A stretch of 62,719 nucleotides of DNA, counting the filler, from Globobulimina sp. (Eukaryota): NCBI GenBank assembly GCA_003354225.1. It is 28 parts of 28 records of this genome, joined end to end, with 100 filler letters (N's around TTAATTAATTAA, not from the genome) between each part and the next. Parts side by side here need not be neighbours in the genome. Positions count along the whole stretch, not along the records: positions 22,450 to 24,593 come from PIVH01008660.1; positions 24,694 to 26,837 come from PIVH01008661.1; positions 26,938 to 29,080 come from PIVH01008662.1; positions 29,181 to 31,323 come from PIVH01008663.1; positions 31,424 to 33,566 come from PIVH01008664.1; positions 33,667 to 35,809 come from PIVH01008665.1; 22 more parts are not named here. The stretch is one strand, 5' to 3'. A model generated the notes under the pieces. That model had not been told where the DNA came from, ran no database searches, and saw nothing but the letters and a program-made list of their open reading frames with translations. Below, piece by piece: positions 22,350 to 33,681 of the stretch. Position numbers and translations under genes: made by a program. Position 1 is the stretch's first letter, and each line of letters opens with the position of its first letter.

Positions 22350-22545
22350 NNNNNNNNNNNNNNNNNNNNNNNNNNNNNNNNNNNNNNNNNNNNTTAATTA
22401 ATTAANNNNNNNNNNNNNNNNNNNNNNNNNNNNNNNNNNNNNNNNNNNNAATGGATTACATTTTTGATAGTTATGTGGGATTGTTTTGCAGTGATTGATT
22501 AAGTATTGTTTCAAGGTTAATTGAATAAACCAGAAAATTCGGCTT

Positions 22546-24513
22546 TTGACTGAAGTTTTCAAAAAAAAAAAAGTTAAAAGAAAAAATTCAAAAATGTATC
22601 ACAATGGCAGCGATTCTGATTGGTCGATTTCATGCAAATTCTTTCATTGCTTAACACTTCTTGCATCCACTATTTATTTGGGAGATATTTTGACGTGGAT
22701 TATTCTATTGTATTACGAATGCAATCAAGTATTTGATCATTCTTATTTATGGTTATTAATTTTATGCATCATTCATTTATTACAATCGCCACTTATTATG
22801 ACCGCATTAAATTTATTTAGTTTGAAACGTCCATCAAACTCATTGGTAACTTATAACAATTCATCTTTTTCCCAATGGACTGCCTGGGCTAAAACATATA
22901 TTTTATCATTTAAATATATGATTAAGTCATTTATTTACCAACCTTTATATCCATTGATATATCATCCATTTATTTATTCATTGATTGTGAATAATAATAT
23001 TAACAATGACAATAATGTGAACCCGCCCTCTTGTTCATCGTCTTCAGTATTTTTTTTACAATATAATTATAATAATTACTATGATAAATATCATTATGCT
23101 GAATTCTGGAAATTATTTGCTTTGAATAATATATTTGCATTAATTCGGTCTTTATTTTTAATTTGTTTTTATGATAAAACTAATTCGATCCAAAATAACT
23201 ATATTTGGTGTTTGTCATTATTTTTTACATTGTGTTCGGTGATAAGTTTATTAGGAATTCTATCGAAATTAATCTCGTTAAATAACATTACTTTTTTATT
23301 TCGTTGGTTATGTTTTACTGCATTTTATTTTGGATATATTATATCTTTTCGATGGATCTCGTATTTAAATGATGATTCTACGCATTTTTTAATGGTTCAA
23401 ATGATGAAATTTATGTTTATTAAAATATTTGTATTCTCGGCACCATTTGCCATATGGTTAGGATTTAGAAAATTATATTTAAATTATATTTATTACCATA
23501 ACAGCAACCATATAAATAATAATAACAGCAATAAAATGTTTTTATTGAATATTATACAATGTATTATTTCAATGATATTTTATTGTTTTGTATGGGAATG
23601 TTGCTCATTTTTATTTTATATCATTGGGGTTTATCCAAAACATTATAAAAATATTCCGTTTTGGACTGTTGCATTGAAATGGATCTCGCCATTTATTTCT
23701 GATTCAAACATTGTTTTCAGAATTATTGCTTTTAATTATTATATTTTATCAAAATTAAGCGAATTAAATAAGAAAGAAATAGATAGCAATCATGGCCATG
23801 ACATATGGATAATTTCCAAATATTTGTGTAAAAACGCTAAAAGATGTAACAATTATTATCGTTTGGTAACATTTAAAGGATTACGAGAATGTTTATCGTT
23901 CTCTTTAATTGATTTGATTTTATGGCATTACAATTCTTCATCAAATAATAATCTTTTTATCGTAAATGACACGCATACAACATTTACTTTTCTTCATTTA
24001 TGGCTTCAAAAATCATTTTTTATCACATTTTTATTTCATTTGTTTTCTATGTTTTTAACCATATGTATCCCATTCCTATTTTTATGGTTTTTATCATCGA
24101 TTTATAATCAAACAAATAATAAACAACAACAAATACAACATTGTTCAATAAATATTAGTAAATATTCAATCAATAAATATTTACAAAAGCTGTGTTGTGT
24201 ATTTTCTGAATGGAAATTTGAAAGCATATTAACTGTAATATTTAACTGCAATATCTGCGCAATATTCATATTCGTACCATATGTTTTAAAATTTAAATAT
24301 TTAATCGCTCATTTTTATTCACCAACAAATCTTCAACAATCTATAGATGAAACCTCATTGGTGGGGATGATGGAGGACGTTCAAGATTATTATCAACAAA
24401 TCATGTTCTTTCCAATCAGGGACGAGTTACTAAAAAATAAATTTGGAGCTGATATTTGTCAAATAATCCTCAAGTATTTGCCAACTCTTCATGACATATT
24501 TTATGTTCAATAA
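22546..24513 (+). CDS. Hypothetical polytopic membrane protein
   Basis: 655-aa ORF with many hydrophobic segments and poly-N tracts. Confidence 0.6.
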   Translation: MTEVFKKKKVKRKNSKMYHNGSDSDWSISCKFFHCLTLLASTIYLGDILTWIILLYYECNQVFDHSYLWLLILCIIHLLQSPLIMTALNLFSLKRPSNSLVTYNNSSFSQWTAWAKTYILSFKYMIKSFIYQPLYPLIYHPFIYSLIVNNNINNDNNVNPPSCSSSSVFFLQYNYNNYYDKYHYAEFWKLFALNNIFALIRSLFLICFYDKTNSIQNNYIWCLSLFFTLCSVISLLGILSKLISLNNITFLFRWLCFTAFYFGYIISFRWISYLNDDSTHFLMVQMMKFMFIKIFVFSAPFAIWLGFRKLYLNYIYYHNSNHINNNNSNKMFLLNIIQCIISMIFYCFVWECCSFLFYIIGVYPKHYKNIPFWTVALKWISPFISDSNIVFRIIAFNYYILSKLSELNKKEIDSNHGHDIWIISKYLCKNAKRCNNYYRLVTFKGLRECLSFSLIDLILWHYNSSSNNNLFIVNDTHTTFTFLHLWLQKSFFITFLFHLFSMFLTICIPFLFLWFLSSIYNQTNNKQQQIQHCSINISKYSINKYLQKLCCVFSEWKFESILTVIFNCNICAIFIFVPYVLKFKYLIAHFYSPTNLQQSIDETSLVGMMEDVQDYYQQIMFFPIRDELLKNKFGADICQIILKYLPTLHDIFYVQ

Positions 24514-24693
24514 CCCTTTTTTTTGTGCAAGGACAGCAATTTTTAAACTCATGCAAAACAGTACGTTGTCTAAATTCGAAATTTATTATTGTTNNNNNNN
24601 NNNNNNNNNNNNNNNNNNNNNNNNNNNNNNNNNNNNNTTAATTAATTAANNNNNNNNNNNNNNNNNNNNNNNNNNNNNNNNNNNNNNNNNNNN

Positions 24694-24933
24694 ATAACAA
24701 CAGATGTATCAATTGATTGGAGTAAGAATACGGATTGCATCATTGTATGCGGATCAACATTGCAAACGCAATCAGCACACAGATTATTGAGACATGCGAG
24801 AGAAACAAATCCGTCAATACCGATCATTGTTGTAAATATAGGACAAACACGCGCTGATGATATATGTGACTTGAAAATCGACTATTATGTGTCTCATGTC
24901 TTAAAACAAGTTGATCAACTTTTATCTCACTAG
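24694..24933 (+). CDS. Sirtuin (SIRT4-like) C-terminal fragment
   Basis: Manual translation DCIIVCGSTLQTQSAHRL...IPIIVVNIGQTRADDICDLKID; not in the ORF track. Confidence 0.75.
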   Translation: MTTDVSIDWSKNTDCIIVCGSTLQTQSAHRLLRHARETNPSIPIIVVNIGQTRADDICDLKIDYYVSHVLKQVDQLLSH

Positions 24934-25068
24934 ATTTTAAATGATGTGCAACGCCGTAATTTAATTTCAAATTTTAGATAGTTGGTAGTAAGCTAAGCTA
25001 AAAAAAACTTTGCAATACTATTTTTTTAAACCATCCTCCAAATCAACTCCGTTGCCAAACATATTAAT

Positions 25069-26837
25069 ATGGACACATTGCAAAATCAAGCAAATTTCAC
25101 ATTAAAATCATCAAATGCGCCATCCACCACAAACTCAGCCGATTGGCCATTATTATTAAAGGTACGTTGTCACAAACACCATTTTCACACCGTTTTATAA
25201 CGTTTTTTCTTTTATTTCATCGCATACATTTTTATAATTTATCTTTAATCAATTAAATTTTCGAAAATTGAGTTTGTATTAGCTTACTCATACAATAACC
25301 ATTAATTGTTGTGTTGTACAGAATTATGATAAAATGAATGTTCGTACAAACCATTACACTCCAATTATATCCGCAGGCTGTACCCCTTTAAAAAGGCCCA
25401 TCAAAGAATACTTAAAGTATGTAATTGTCGGCCGACATTTTGATGTTACCCGTTTCTACCGTTTTTGCTATAAATCAAAAAACAAATTATAACTCACTCA
25501 CTAACCACTATACAGATACGGCGTATTAAACTTAGACAAACCACCGCGTCCCTCCTCGCATGAGGTGGTGACATGGGTAAAAAACATATTATCCGATCTC
25601 AACGTGGAAAAAACCGGCCATTCCGGCACATTGGACCCCAAAGTCTCCGGGAATTTGCTCGTTACCATTGACCGCAGCACTCGCTTAGTAAAATCGCAAC
25701 AAAACGCCGGCAAACGCTACATTTGCGTCATACGTTTCCACGACAAAGTGTCCACCGAAACCTTCATCCACGTATGTAATATCCTTGCACAATGCTAAAA
25801 CCTCGCAAATATCCAATGTGAACACGCACATAGGCCATCCGCAAAATGCATGGACCGGTGTACCAACGGCCGCCCATTTTATCCGCGGTGGCGCGCAGAT
25901 TACGCGTACGTACCTTGCATTGGGTGCGGATGCTCGAATACAATGAAGAGCGCGGCTTAGGCATAATTGACATCAAATGCCAGGCCGGCACTTATATCCG
26001 TACTCTATGCATCCACCTCGGTTTGTTGTGTGGCACTGCCGCCCATATGCAAGAACTGCGGCGTGTGCAATCTGGCAATTTGGGCGAGAGGGACAATATG
26101 GTGACAATGCACGATGTGTTGGACGCAATGTATATATATAATACGCAAGGCAATGAGGTGTATTTGCGGCGCATTATCATGCCATTGGAGGTGTTGCTGA
26201 CGAGCATGAAACGCATCGTGATCAAAGACACGACGGTGTCTGCCATCTGCTACGGTGCCAAGATAATGATACCGGGCGTGTTGCGCTTCGATGATAAGAT
26301 CAGTGTGGGCGACGAGGTGGTGATTGTGAGCACGAAGGGAGAGGCGGTGTGCCTCGCCTACGCACAAATGACTACCAACCAGATAAGCACGGTGGACCAT
26401 GGCGTTGCGGCCAAGATAAAGCGGGTCATTATGGACAGGGATATGTATCCAAGGAAATGGGGCTTGGGGCCACACGCACAATGCAAGAAGAAGATGATTG
26501 CGAGTGGTGAGCTGGATAAGTTTGGGAAGGCCAATGAAAAGACGCCGAAAGAGTGGATTGAGAAACATCCGGATTATGCGCTGCAGAAATATTCGGTGAA
26601 GGTGGCGGCCGATCCGGGCTTTAATTATAAGGCAAAGGAAGAGGAGAAGAAGGAAGGGAAAGTGAGTGAGGAGGAGAAGAAAGAGAGTACGAAGCGGAGT
26701 GCGTACGGGGCGCAGTTGATTGCACCGCCACCGGCGAAGAGGCAGAAATTGGATGAAAATGATGATGAGGATGAGGATGAGGATGAGGATAAGGTCCGAT
26801 CGAAGAGAAAGAAAAAGAAAATAAAAAAGGAGAAAAA
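25069..26837 (+). CDS. CBF5: H/ACA pseudouridine synthase dyskerin/Cbf5, 4 exons, 3' truncated
   Basis: [34 protein letters not shown] domain, YPRKWGLGP; introns 25162-25321, 25417-25515 and 25772-25833 restore the frame. Confidence 0.96.
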
Positions 26838-27301
26838 NNNNNNNNNNNNNNNNNNNNNNNNNNNNNNNNNNNNNNNNNNNNTTAATTAATTAANNNNNNN
26901 NNNNNNNNNNNNNNNNNNNNNNNNNNNNNNNNNNNNNATTGCAAGCCATAACATCAAAAGCCAACACAAACCAATGGAGGTAGTTGCCATAATAGTAGTA
27001 CAAAGTTTTTTAAATTAAAATTGTCGATCAAAACTGCATTTAATTCGGAGTTTACAAACTTATGAGTTATGTGCGTTTTTTATTCATGCATCTGTGTGAT
27101 TTGCAACCGTATTTATTATTAAATTTACCATTCCTAATATTTTAACATAATGAGCAATTCCAAGTTTCAACTGCATGATTGCTTTATATAATTTTCCCAT
27201 CAATGATTTGGAACAAAATGTATAAGGTTTATAAACAGGTTCAGAATGTTAATGCAATCAACACAGATCTTAATTAATTAAAGATATATTAAGAAGAATG
27301 T

Positions 27302-27388
27302 GCGTGGATGATCCTCACTGGTGTGGTGTGCAGACTTCAAATCTGTAGCGGTGTAATTACCGAGTGGTTCGATTCCACCTTCTGCGCG
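27302..27388 (+). tRNA. Eukaryotic selenocysteine tRNA (anticodon UCA)
   Basis: GCGTGGATGATCCTCACTGGTGTGGTGTGCAGACTTCAAATCTGTAGCGGTGTAATTACCGAGTGGTTCGATTCCACCTTCTGCGCG: TCA at 27337-27339, long variable arm, strong match to the eukaryotic tRNA-Sec pattern; AT-rich TATA-like box about 30 nt upstream. Confidence 0.93.
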
Positions 27389-27571
27389 GTATAATTTCTT
27401 GTTTTTTTTGTTTGTATGGATTAAAATACCAATGTTATATTTGAAAACATCATATGTGGCATCATTCCCATAAAATACATGTATATATATCTCCTCATTT
27501 CACCAACCATTTTGTGTTTCGGCAACGGAATAGTTTTTTGCGAACTCCACATCCAACTCTCAAATCTAATC

Positions 27572-29080
27572 ATGTCCCTCTCCAAATTTGAAAAGAAAAA
27601 AGAAAAATTATTACAAAAAAATGCTCGTTTGCAAGCCAAAGCAAATCGATTTGACGCAGACAAAAATACCAATAAATCAGATTCAGCCTCATCCTTACAA
27701 TGGAATGAAATGATTAGATTATTATCCACAAAAGATTTAGTATTACGACCTCAAGAATTATTTGAATATTTTGCATTATTAATTCAATCATTTGCTGGTT
27801 CAAATATAACCATAGCACTTAACCGTAACGCACATCTTATCAGTTCTGCTTTGACCGCCTCACAAAAACATAATTATAATTACAATGTGTGCAGCATAGC
27901 TTGTATTATACCCATAATTAACGATTCTCGATGGAAATCATCGGATTATAATCATAACTTTTCCAAACATTCAATTATCGAGAATAATATCTCGGCATTT
28001 GCCATTTTAACGGACCGTAAAACTTTAATGAGGAAACAAGTGCAATCATACCAGATTACGCCCTATTTTTTAAGTAATAAATATGAATGGAATTGTATTC
28101 GAGATGTAAATGGTGTGTATTTATCAACGCTATGCAAAGATTATCGAGTGACTGGAGATTTATCCTTCAAACAAAGAATTGTGGATAATTCGTATATAAA
28201 TTGCGGAAATATACAAGAATGTGTTATAATTTGTAGCAATAAATATGGATATATTCCTGTATTCTGCTCGCAAAATGATATATTTTATACAGATCCACGC
28301 ATAAAATATCATGATATTAAGAACAAATGGAATGAAAATATCCCAAGAGATGATATAATCCGACGTGCCACCGATAACACCGCATCTTTTAAGAAAAGAG
28401 CCAAGAAAATGTCAAGAAATAATCCACGCTTAAAAACAAAAAGTGCGGTCGATAAGAAACCGTCGGAAATGAAGCAAATAGATATTGATGACAATGAAAC
28501 AAAAATAGATGGCATAGAGAGTGATAACGACGAAAACCAGGCATTCAACGTGTCTCTAAGCATCATGGCTGATGATTTTGGTGAAACTAATGACATTGTT
28601 CGGTTATGGACGCAAAGTAATGGCAAAATATATGCATTGAGAGCGGATGGTATTTTATATGATATCCGATGGAAAAGCGATGAAAATGCGTATGACGAAG
28701 AGAAGAAAGAAGATGTTGAAGATATTAATGGCATTATACGCAAATTAGATGAACAACAGCCAAATTATAAGATGTATGCAAGAAAAGGTGCATTTAAAAC
28801 TGATTTGGTTGTAAAAGTATGGAAACATGATCCAAATATAAATAATTATAGAATGAAAAGTGTTTTTGAGACTAAATGTAATAAACAATTAAAAGAATGT
28901 AAGCTATTTGAAGCAATACAATGTGGTAAATTTAATATGGTGCGATATAATCAGAGGGTGCATCGATTGAATAGAACGTACGATACAATGCATACAACCT
29001 TAGCTTATGGCATTTATTATGATGAAGATGGAGAGGGATTATATATTGCACAGAATACATTTGATAGAATCAATAATATT
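27572..29080 (+). CDS. Hypothetical protein (partial)
   Basis: Long ORF, probable ATG 27572; no motif recognised. Confidence 0.6.
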
Positions 29081-29183
29081 NNNNNNNNNNNNNNNNNNNN
29101 NNNNNNNNNNNNNNNNNNNNNNNNTTAATTAATTAANNNNNNNNNNNNNNNNNNNNNNNNNNNNNNNNNNNNNNNNNNNNGAC

Positions 29184-31198
29184 TTGTACATAGTTGAATA
29201 TATGACTATAATTTGGTGGAAAAGTTCCTCCATACTTTATAGTCATATTATAGTCATATTATATATGATTCTGCGTCTTATAGGAGTTAACCCTGTATTT
29301 CCAAAACAATGGAACGAAGCCAATATTGTCCCAATCCCGAAGCCCGGTAAAGACCATAGATACTCTACAAACTATAGACCAATCGCAATATCATCATGCC
29401 TCGGCCGTATGTTTGAACGAATTTTATCCAAACGATTACAAGCATTCTGTGTTGAAAATAACATATTCAACAATAATCAATGTGGTTTTCAGATTAATAA
29501 AGCCACCGAGGATATGCTCACTTATTTCCTCCAGGAAGCATATGAATGCCTTGACCATACAAGTGATTTGGACGCAATTTTTACAGATTTTTCCAAAGCA
29601 TATGACACTGTATGGCACAATGGATTGATTCATAAATTACATAATTTATATAAAATAAATGGTAATATGCTATCCATAATAATTGAGTTTCTCCATGGTA
29701 GATATACAAGAGTCTTACTTAAAGGTGGTACATCTGATTGGCACCACCAATCGGTGGGCCTACCACAAGGCTCCTCACTGTCACCAATATTATATATTTT
29801 ATATACAAACGATTATAAAATACCACCGCAGTTCACCAACTTTGTAGATTCCGGACTTTTTGCGGATGATACAATCTTTTGGACTACGCCTGGCCCCAAA
29901 GATGTTATACGTTATAAAATGTTACAAAATGTCATAAATCATTTCTCAGAATGGTGTAAATATTGGCAGTTGACACTTAATTCAGACAAATGCTACGCTC
30001 TAAAAATAACCAGATCCAAAGAGAAAAAATACCAAATAATAAATCCATGCAATCACTGCCATTCATCTCTGGATAACCCAGGATGTTATAATCATAATAC
30101 ACATACAAATTACGTCTCAGCCTACCGTGATTACTGTATAAATAATAAAAAACTAAAAAGAAAATATGAAATTAAGTACCTAGGCCTTTGGATTGACCGT
30201 GAATTGGATTTTCAATTCCATTTAAACAAAACAATCGCCAAAGTAAAAAAGTTCTATTATCAAATTGTATACTTACTACATACAGGCATCCCATTAACAC
30301 CTAAATCAATTTGCCTTCTCTACAAATCCAAAGCAAGATCATCAATCGAATATGCTGCACCATTCTATTACCACCGAGCAAGTAGTAACCTACAAATATG
30401 GCAAAATAAATTTACACGTTTAGCAGCCCCACCAAAATCAACAACACACATCGATGAATTACAACTCATATTGAAAATGGAACCATTGATTGAGAGAGTA
30501 AATAAATCCCAATGTAGACTTTGGTTACGCAGTATATACTCTGACCATAATCATCCATTACAAAGATCAAGAATAAAAATGGATAATCATATCCGTAAAG
30601 TTAATAATAAGAAATTTATCAAACGCACAAACTACTATCTATATAAATCTCCATTATACCGAGCAATGACCACGTTTGATAAATATATGGTGCGATCCAA
30701 ATACAAAATACCCAATAATCCACCAAAAAAACCAATTACTGCTCTGCCTATATATAAAATAGAACGAATGCCAACAAATTACTCAATTGTCACAACAGAA
30801 ACAGACCCAAAAGACTATGATAATATGTTCCAATTCTACACTGACGGCTCATGTCGCCCCAACCCAGGAGTTGGAGCATTTGGATGGTACTCCCCATCAA
30901 TAACAAACTTAAATAATAATAGCCAAGTAATCTCAGTCACACATCTTACAAATTCAGCTAAATGTGAACTGGAGGCACTGCAGTTGTTATTGAATCATTT
31001 AAATGGAATAAATCTAAATAATATTGAACAAAATTATATTGCCACGTTTGTGGATAATCTGTCAGCATTAAAATATTTAAATTTTGATGCCTACCCAAAA
31101 TACCAAGACACCAAAATAATAATTGATGATATTTTAAACAAATTAAATGCCATCCAACGTTTAATGCCATCCAAATATTTTGTATTTTGTAAAATTAA
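29184..31198 (+). mobile_element. Non-LTR retrotransposon pol fragment (RT plus RNase H)
   Basis: PIPKPGKD...NYRPI, DFSKAYDTVWH, GLPQGSSLSPILY, FADD, KYLGLWID, RNase H YTDGS...EL.A...D. Confidence 0.92.
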
Positions 31199-31323
31199 TA
31201 TTTCCAGAGAAGTCTTCGTGTGCTTTAATTTTACAAAATACAAAATATTTGGATGGCATTAAACGTTGGATGGCATTTAATTTGTTTAAAATATCATCAA
31301 TTATTATTTTGGTGTCTTGGTAT
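31100..31323. repeat. Perfect 99-bp fold-back at contig end (probable amplification artefact)
   Basis: 31100-31198 is the reverse complement of 31225-31323; it truncates the RNase H domain. Confidence 0.85.
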
Positions 31324-31423
31324 NNNNNNNNNNNNNNNNNNNNNNNNNNNNNNNNNNNNNNNNNNNNTTAATTAATTAANNNNNNNNNNNNNNNNNNNNN
31401 NNNNNNNNNNNNNNNNNNNNNNN

Positions 31424-32968
31424 GATATGAAACTCTCTGCAACTGATTGTCGCCTTGTGTTGCGGAGATAGCAGCTACTGTTTCCATAATAGCTTCATAG
31501 TCAATGTCATATCCACCACGAATGCTGTCACTCCATTCTGTACTGTACGCCCTCAATAAATTAGCTGCTTTGCTTTGATCCTTTTCATATAAATTTGCAT
31601 AGATCTCAAGATGTTGCGGTGTCAATAACTCCTTTGCGTTCCTTTTGTTTGTATGTAAATATAATGCGTTTCTGTAATATATGTCAGCCAAAGCATTTGA
31701 ACACAAAATCCAAGCATGGCCTTTACTGCCACCGTTGCCATCACATCCTGGATAATGATCGTCTGCATATCTCCCGATCAAACTGCCTGGAATATTGTTA
31801 CTGTCATCTTCTTTGTTTATAGCATACGTGGAATCCCAATAAGATTTTATCTGCGAAACCGTGTTTAAAATGTCCTTGTTTGATGGCGGGAACATCTCTG
31901 CAGTATTTGGCTGGAATTCATCTGCATAACAAAACATTAAATAGATCCATCATGATCGACATGAAAAACTATGCTCACAAACCAGGCGTTCCACCGTATA
32001 AACTTCCAACAATCACAGAGCAATCCCATTGTCGCGAAGTGTCCTGAATGGTACCACCTTTATCAAACTGTTTGATTGTATTATCAATGGAGGCAGCGGT
32101 TGACTGCCAATTCGATGCAGTCGCAGTATCATTCAATCTCTTTGCTAACGCTGCGCCATAATATAAAGCATATCGTTGTACCATTGCAGTATAAAACATT
32201 GTGCCTCGAACTTCCTCCCATAAATCACACGATTGTCCATCACTCCATACAGTAGTGACATAATTTAAATCGACTGGGATTGCCCCACTGCCGCCTCCTG
32301 AGCCGCCTTTATAATAACACCAGGGAACATTGTTCGGATTATTGTCGATTTCATACCAACAACAGCCTGCATTCTGACATTCGGTTTGGTCTATACCTAC
32401 ATAGCCACAATCTACTTTATTTGCGTCTTCTACCTGACAGGTTTTGGTATTATTGCTACTTCCAACTGAAAATAGATTAGTTTTCACGTAATCGATATCT
32501 CCGTTATCTAATAAGTAATTTGCATATGTGATCAGTGCGAGAGCTCGCGAAGCTGGGCCACTTTAATTGGTTATGTAATTAATGTTGAGGTTGTATTGTG
32601 AATAGATGTGGATTATTTAACTCATTTTGAGGTCGACACCATCCGCCTGTTTTGTCAAATGTTGGCAGTGTAAAACAAGAATGATATATATATATATAGA
32701 AATATGCATATATTTAACCTGAATATACAGAGCCATCGCCTTAGGATTATATAGAAACGAGTTGATATTGCAAATTGAGAAACGAATGTTTATGTATTTA
32801 TATATTTAACTTACAATTAAATTTTGGTTCGCCTAATACATTTTGACCATTTGGATCGGATTTCGTTTGTGCGGATTGTACCCATTTCACATAATTTTTA
32901 AATTTGGCATCAAATTCATTTGAATTGGCAGTATATTGCAAGGTATGCATTGATACAGCTGCATCTCT
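31424..32968 (-). CDS. GH15 glucoamylase with an internal P-type trefoil domain; multi-exon, partial
   Basis: RDAAVSM, LGEPKF, WCRPQN.GPASRA, DLWEE, GRYADDHY, W.LCS; trefoil CQVEDANKVDCGY...CQNAGCCW...PWCYY; several GT-AG introns. Confidence 0.88.
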
Positions 32969-33051
32969 TTAATACCCCATTCGGCCAGCGATATGTCGGC
33001 CACTTTGCAGGGTAGCGTAGGGTCAAGTTCCATAACGTTTTCTTTTGACAT
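32956..33051 (-). CDS. ahcY: Bacterial adenosylhomocysteinase N-terminal fragment, chimerically joined to the glucoamylase
   Basis: MSKENVMELDPTLPCKVADISLAEWGIKEMQL contains the KVADISLAEWG motif. Confidence 0.8.
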
Positions 33052-33244
33052 GATAGGTCTCCCAAGGATTCTGATTAATTAATAATAATACACTTTTCAT
33101 AGTAAAATTGTCAAATTGTTTTTAGAATTGCTTGCTTTTAGACAGATGCAATGTTATTTTTATTCGATTTTTCCGGTTGCTGGCTTTTCTTGAGTTTGAA
33201 AGATGCCGGCCTTGAAACAGTAGCATCATGGTGGATACAGGGCG

Positions 33245-33566
33245 ATGCAGGATATCCTAAAATACCGCAAAGTGCTTGAGCGGCTTATTGCCGAAGGGCA
33301 GGAGATTAAAATCCTGACGCTTATCTCACGCCTGCATCCTGACGATATTGCGGCTTTGATTGACGAGCTTGAAGAGGAACAAAAGACCCGCCTGTTTCGC
33401 TTGCTTGATGTTGAAACCGCCGCAGATGTTATCATGGAGCTTGATAACATCTCCCGCGAACTGATAGTCGAAGATATTCCCGAAGAAAAGCTGACTGAAA
33501 TTGTCGACGACATGCCTTCTGATGATGCCGCCGATTTTATCGCTGAGTTGCCCCAGGATCAGGCTC
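33245..33566 (+). CDS. mgtE: Bacterial magnesium transporter MgtE, N-terminal fragment
   Basis: LHPDDIAALI, AADVIMEL, DMPSDDAADFIAEL. Confidence 0.88.
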
Positions 33567-33681
33567 NNNNNNNNNNNNNNNNNNNNNNNNNNNNNNNNNN
33601 NNNNNNNNNNTTAATTAATTAANNNNNNNNNNNNNNNNNNNNNNNNNNNNNNNNNNNNNNNNNNNNACGAAAAATGATAAT

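Noticed and set aside
31100-31323. Hairpin telomere or terminal inverted repeat
   Set aside because: Perfect fold-back of coding sequence at a contig end, typical of an amplification inversion.
32956-33566. Horizontal transfer of ahcY/mgtE into the eukaryote
   Set aside because: Both joined genes are broken at a microhomology; an amplification chimera is more parsimonious.
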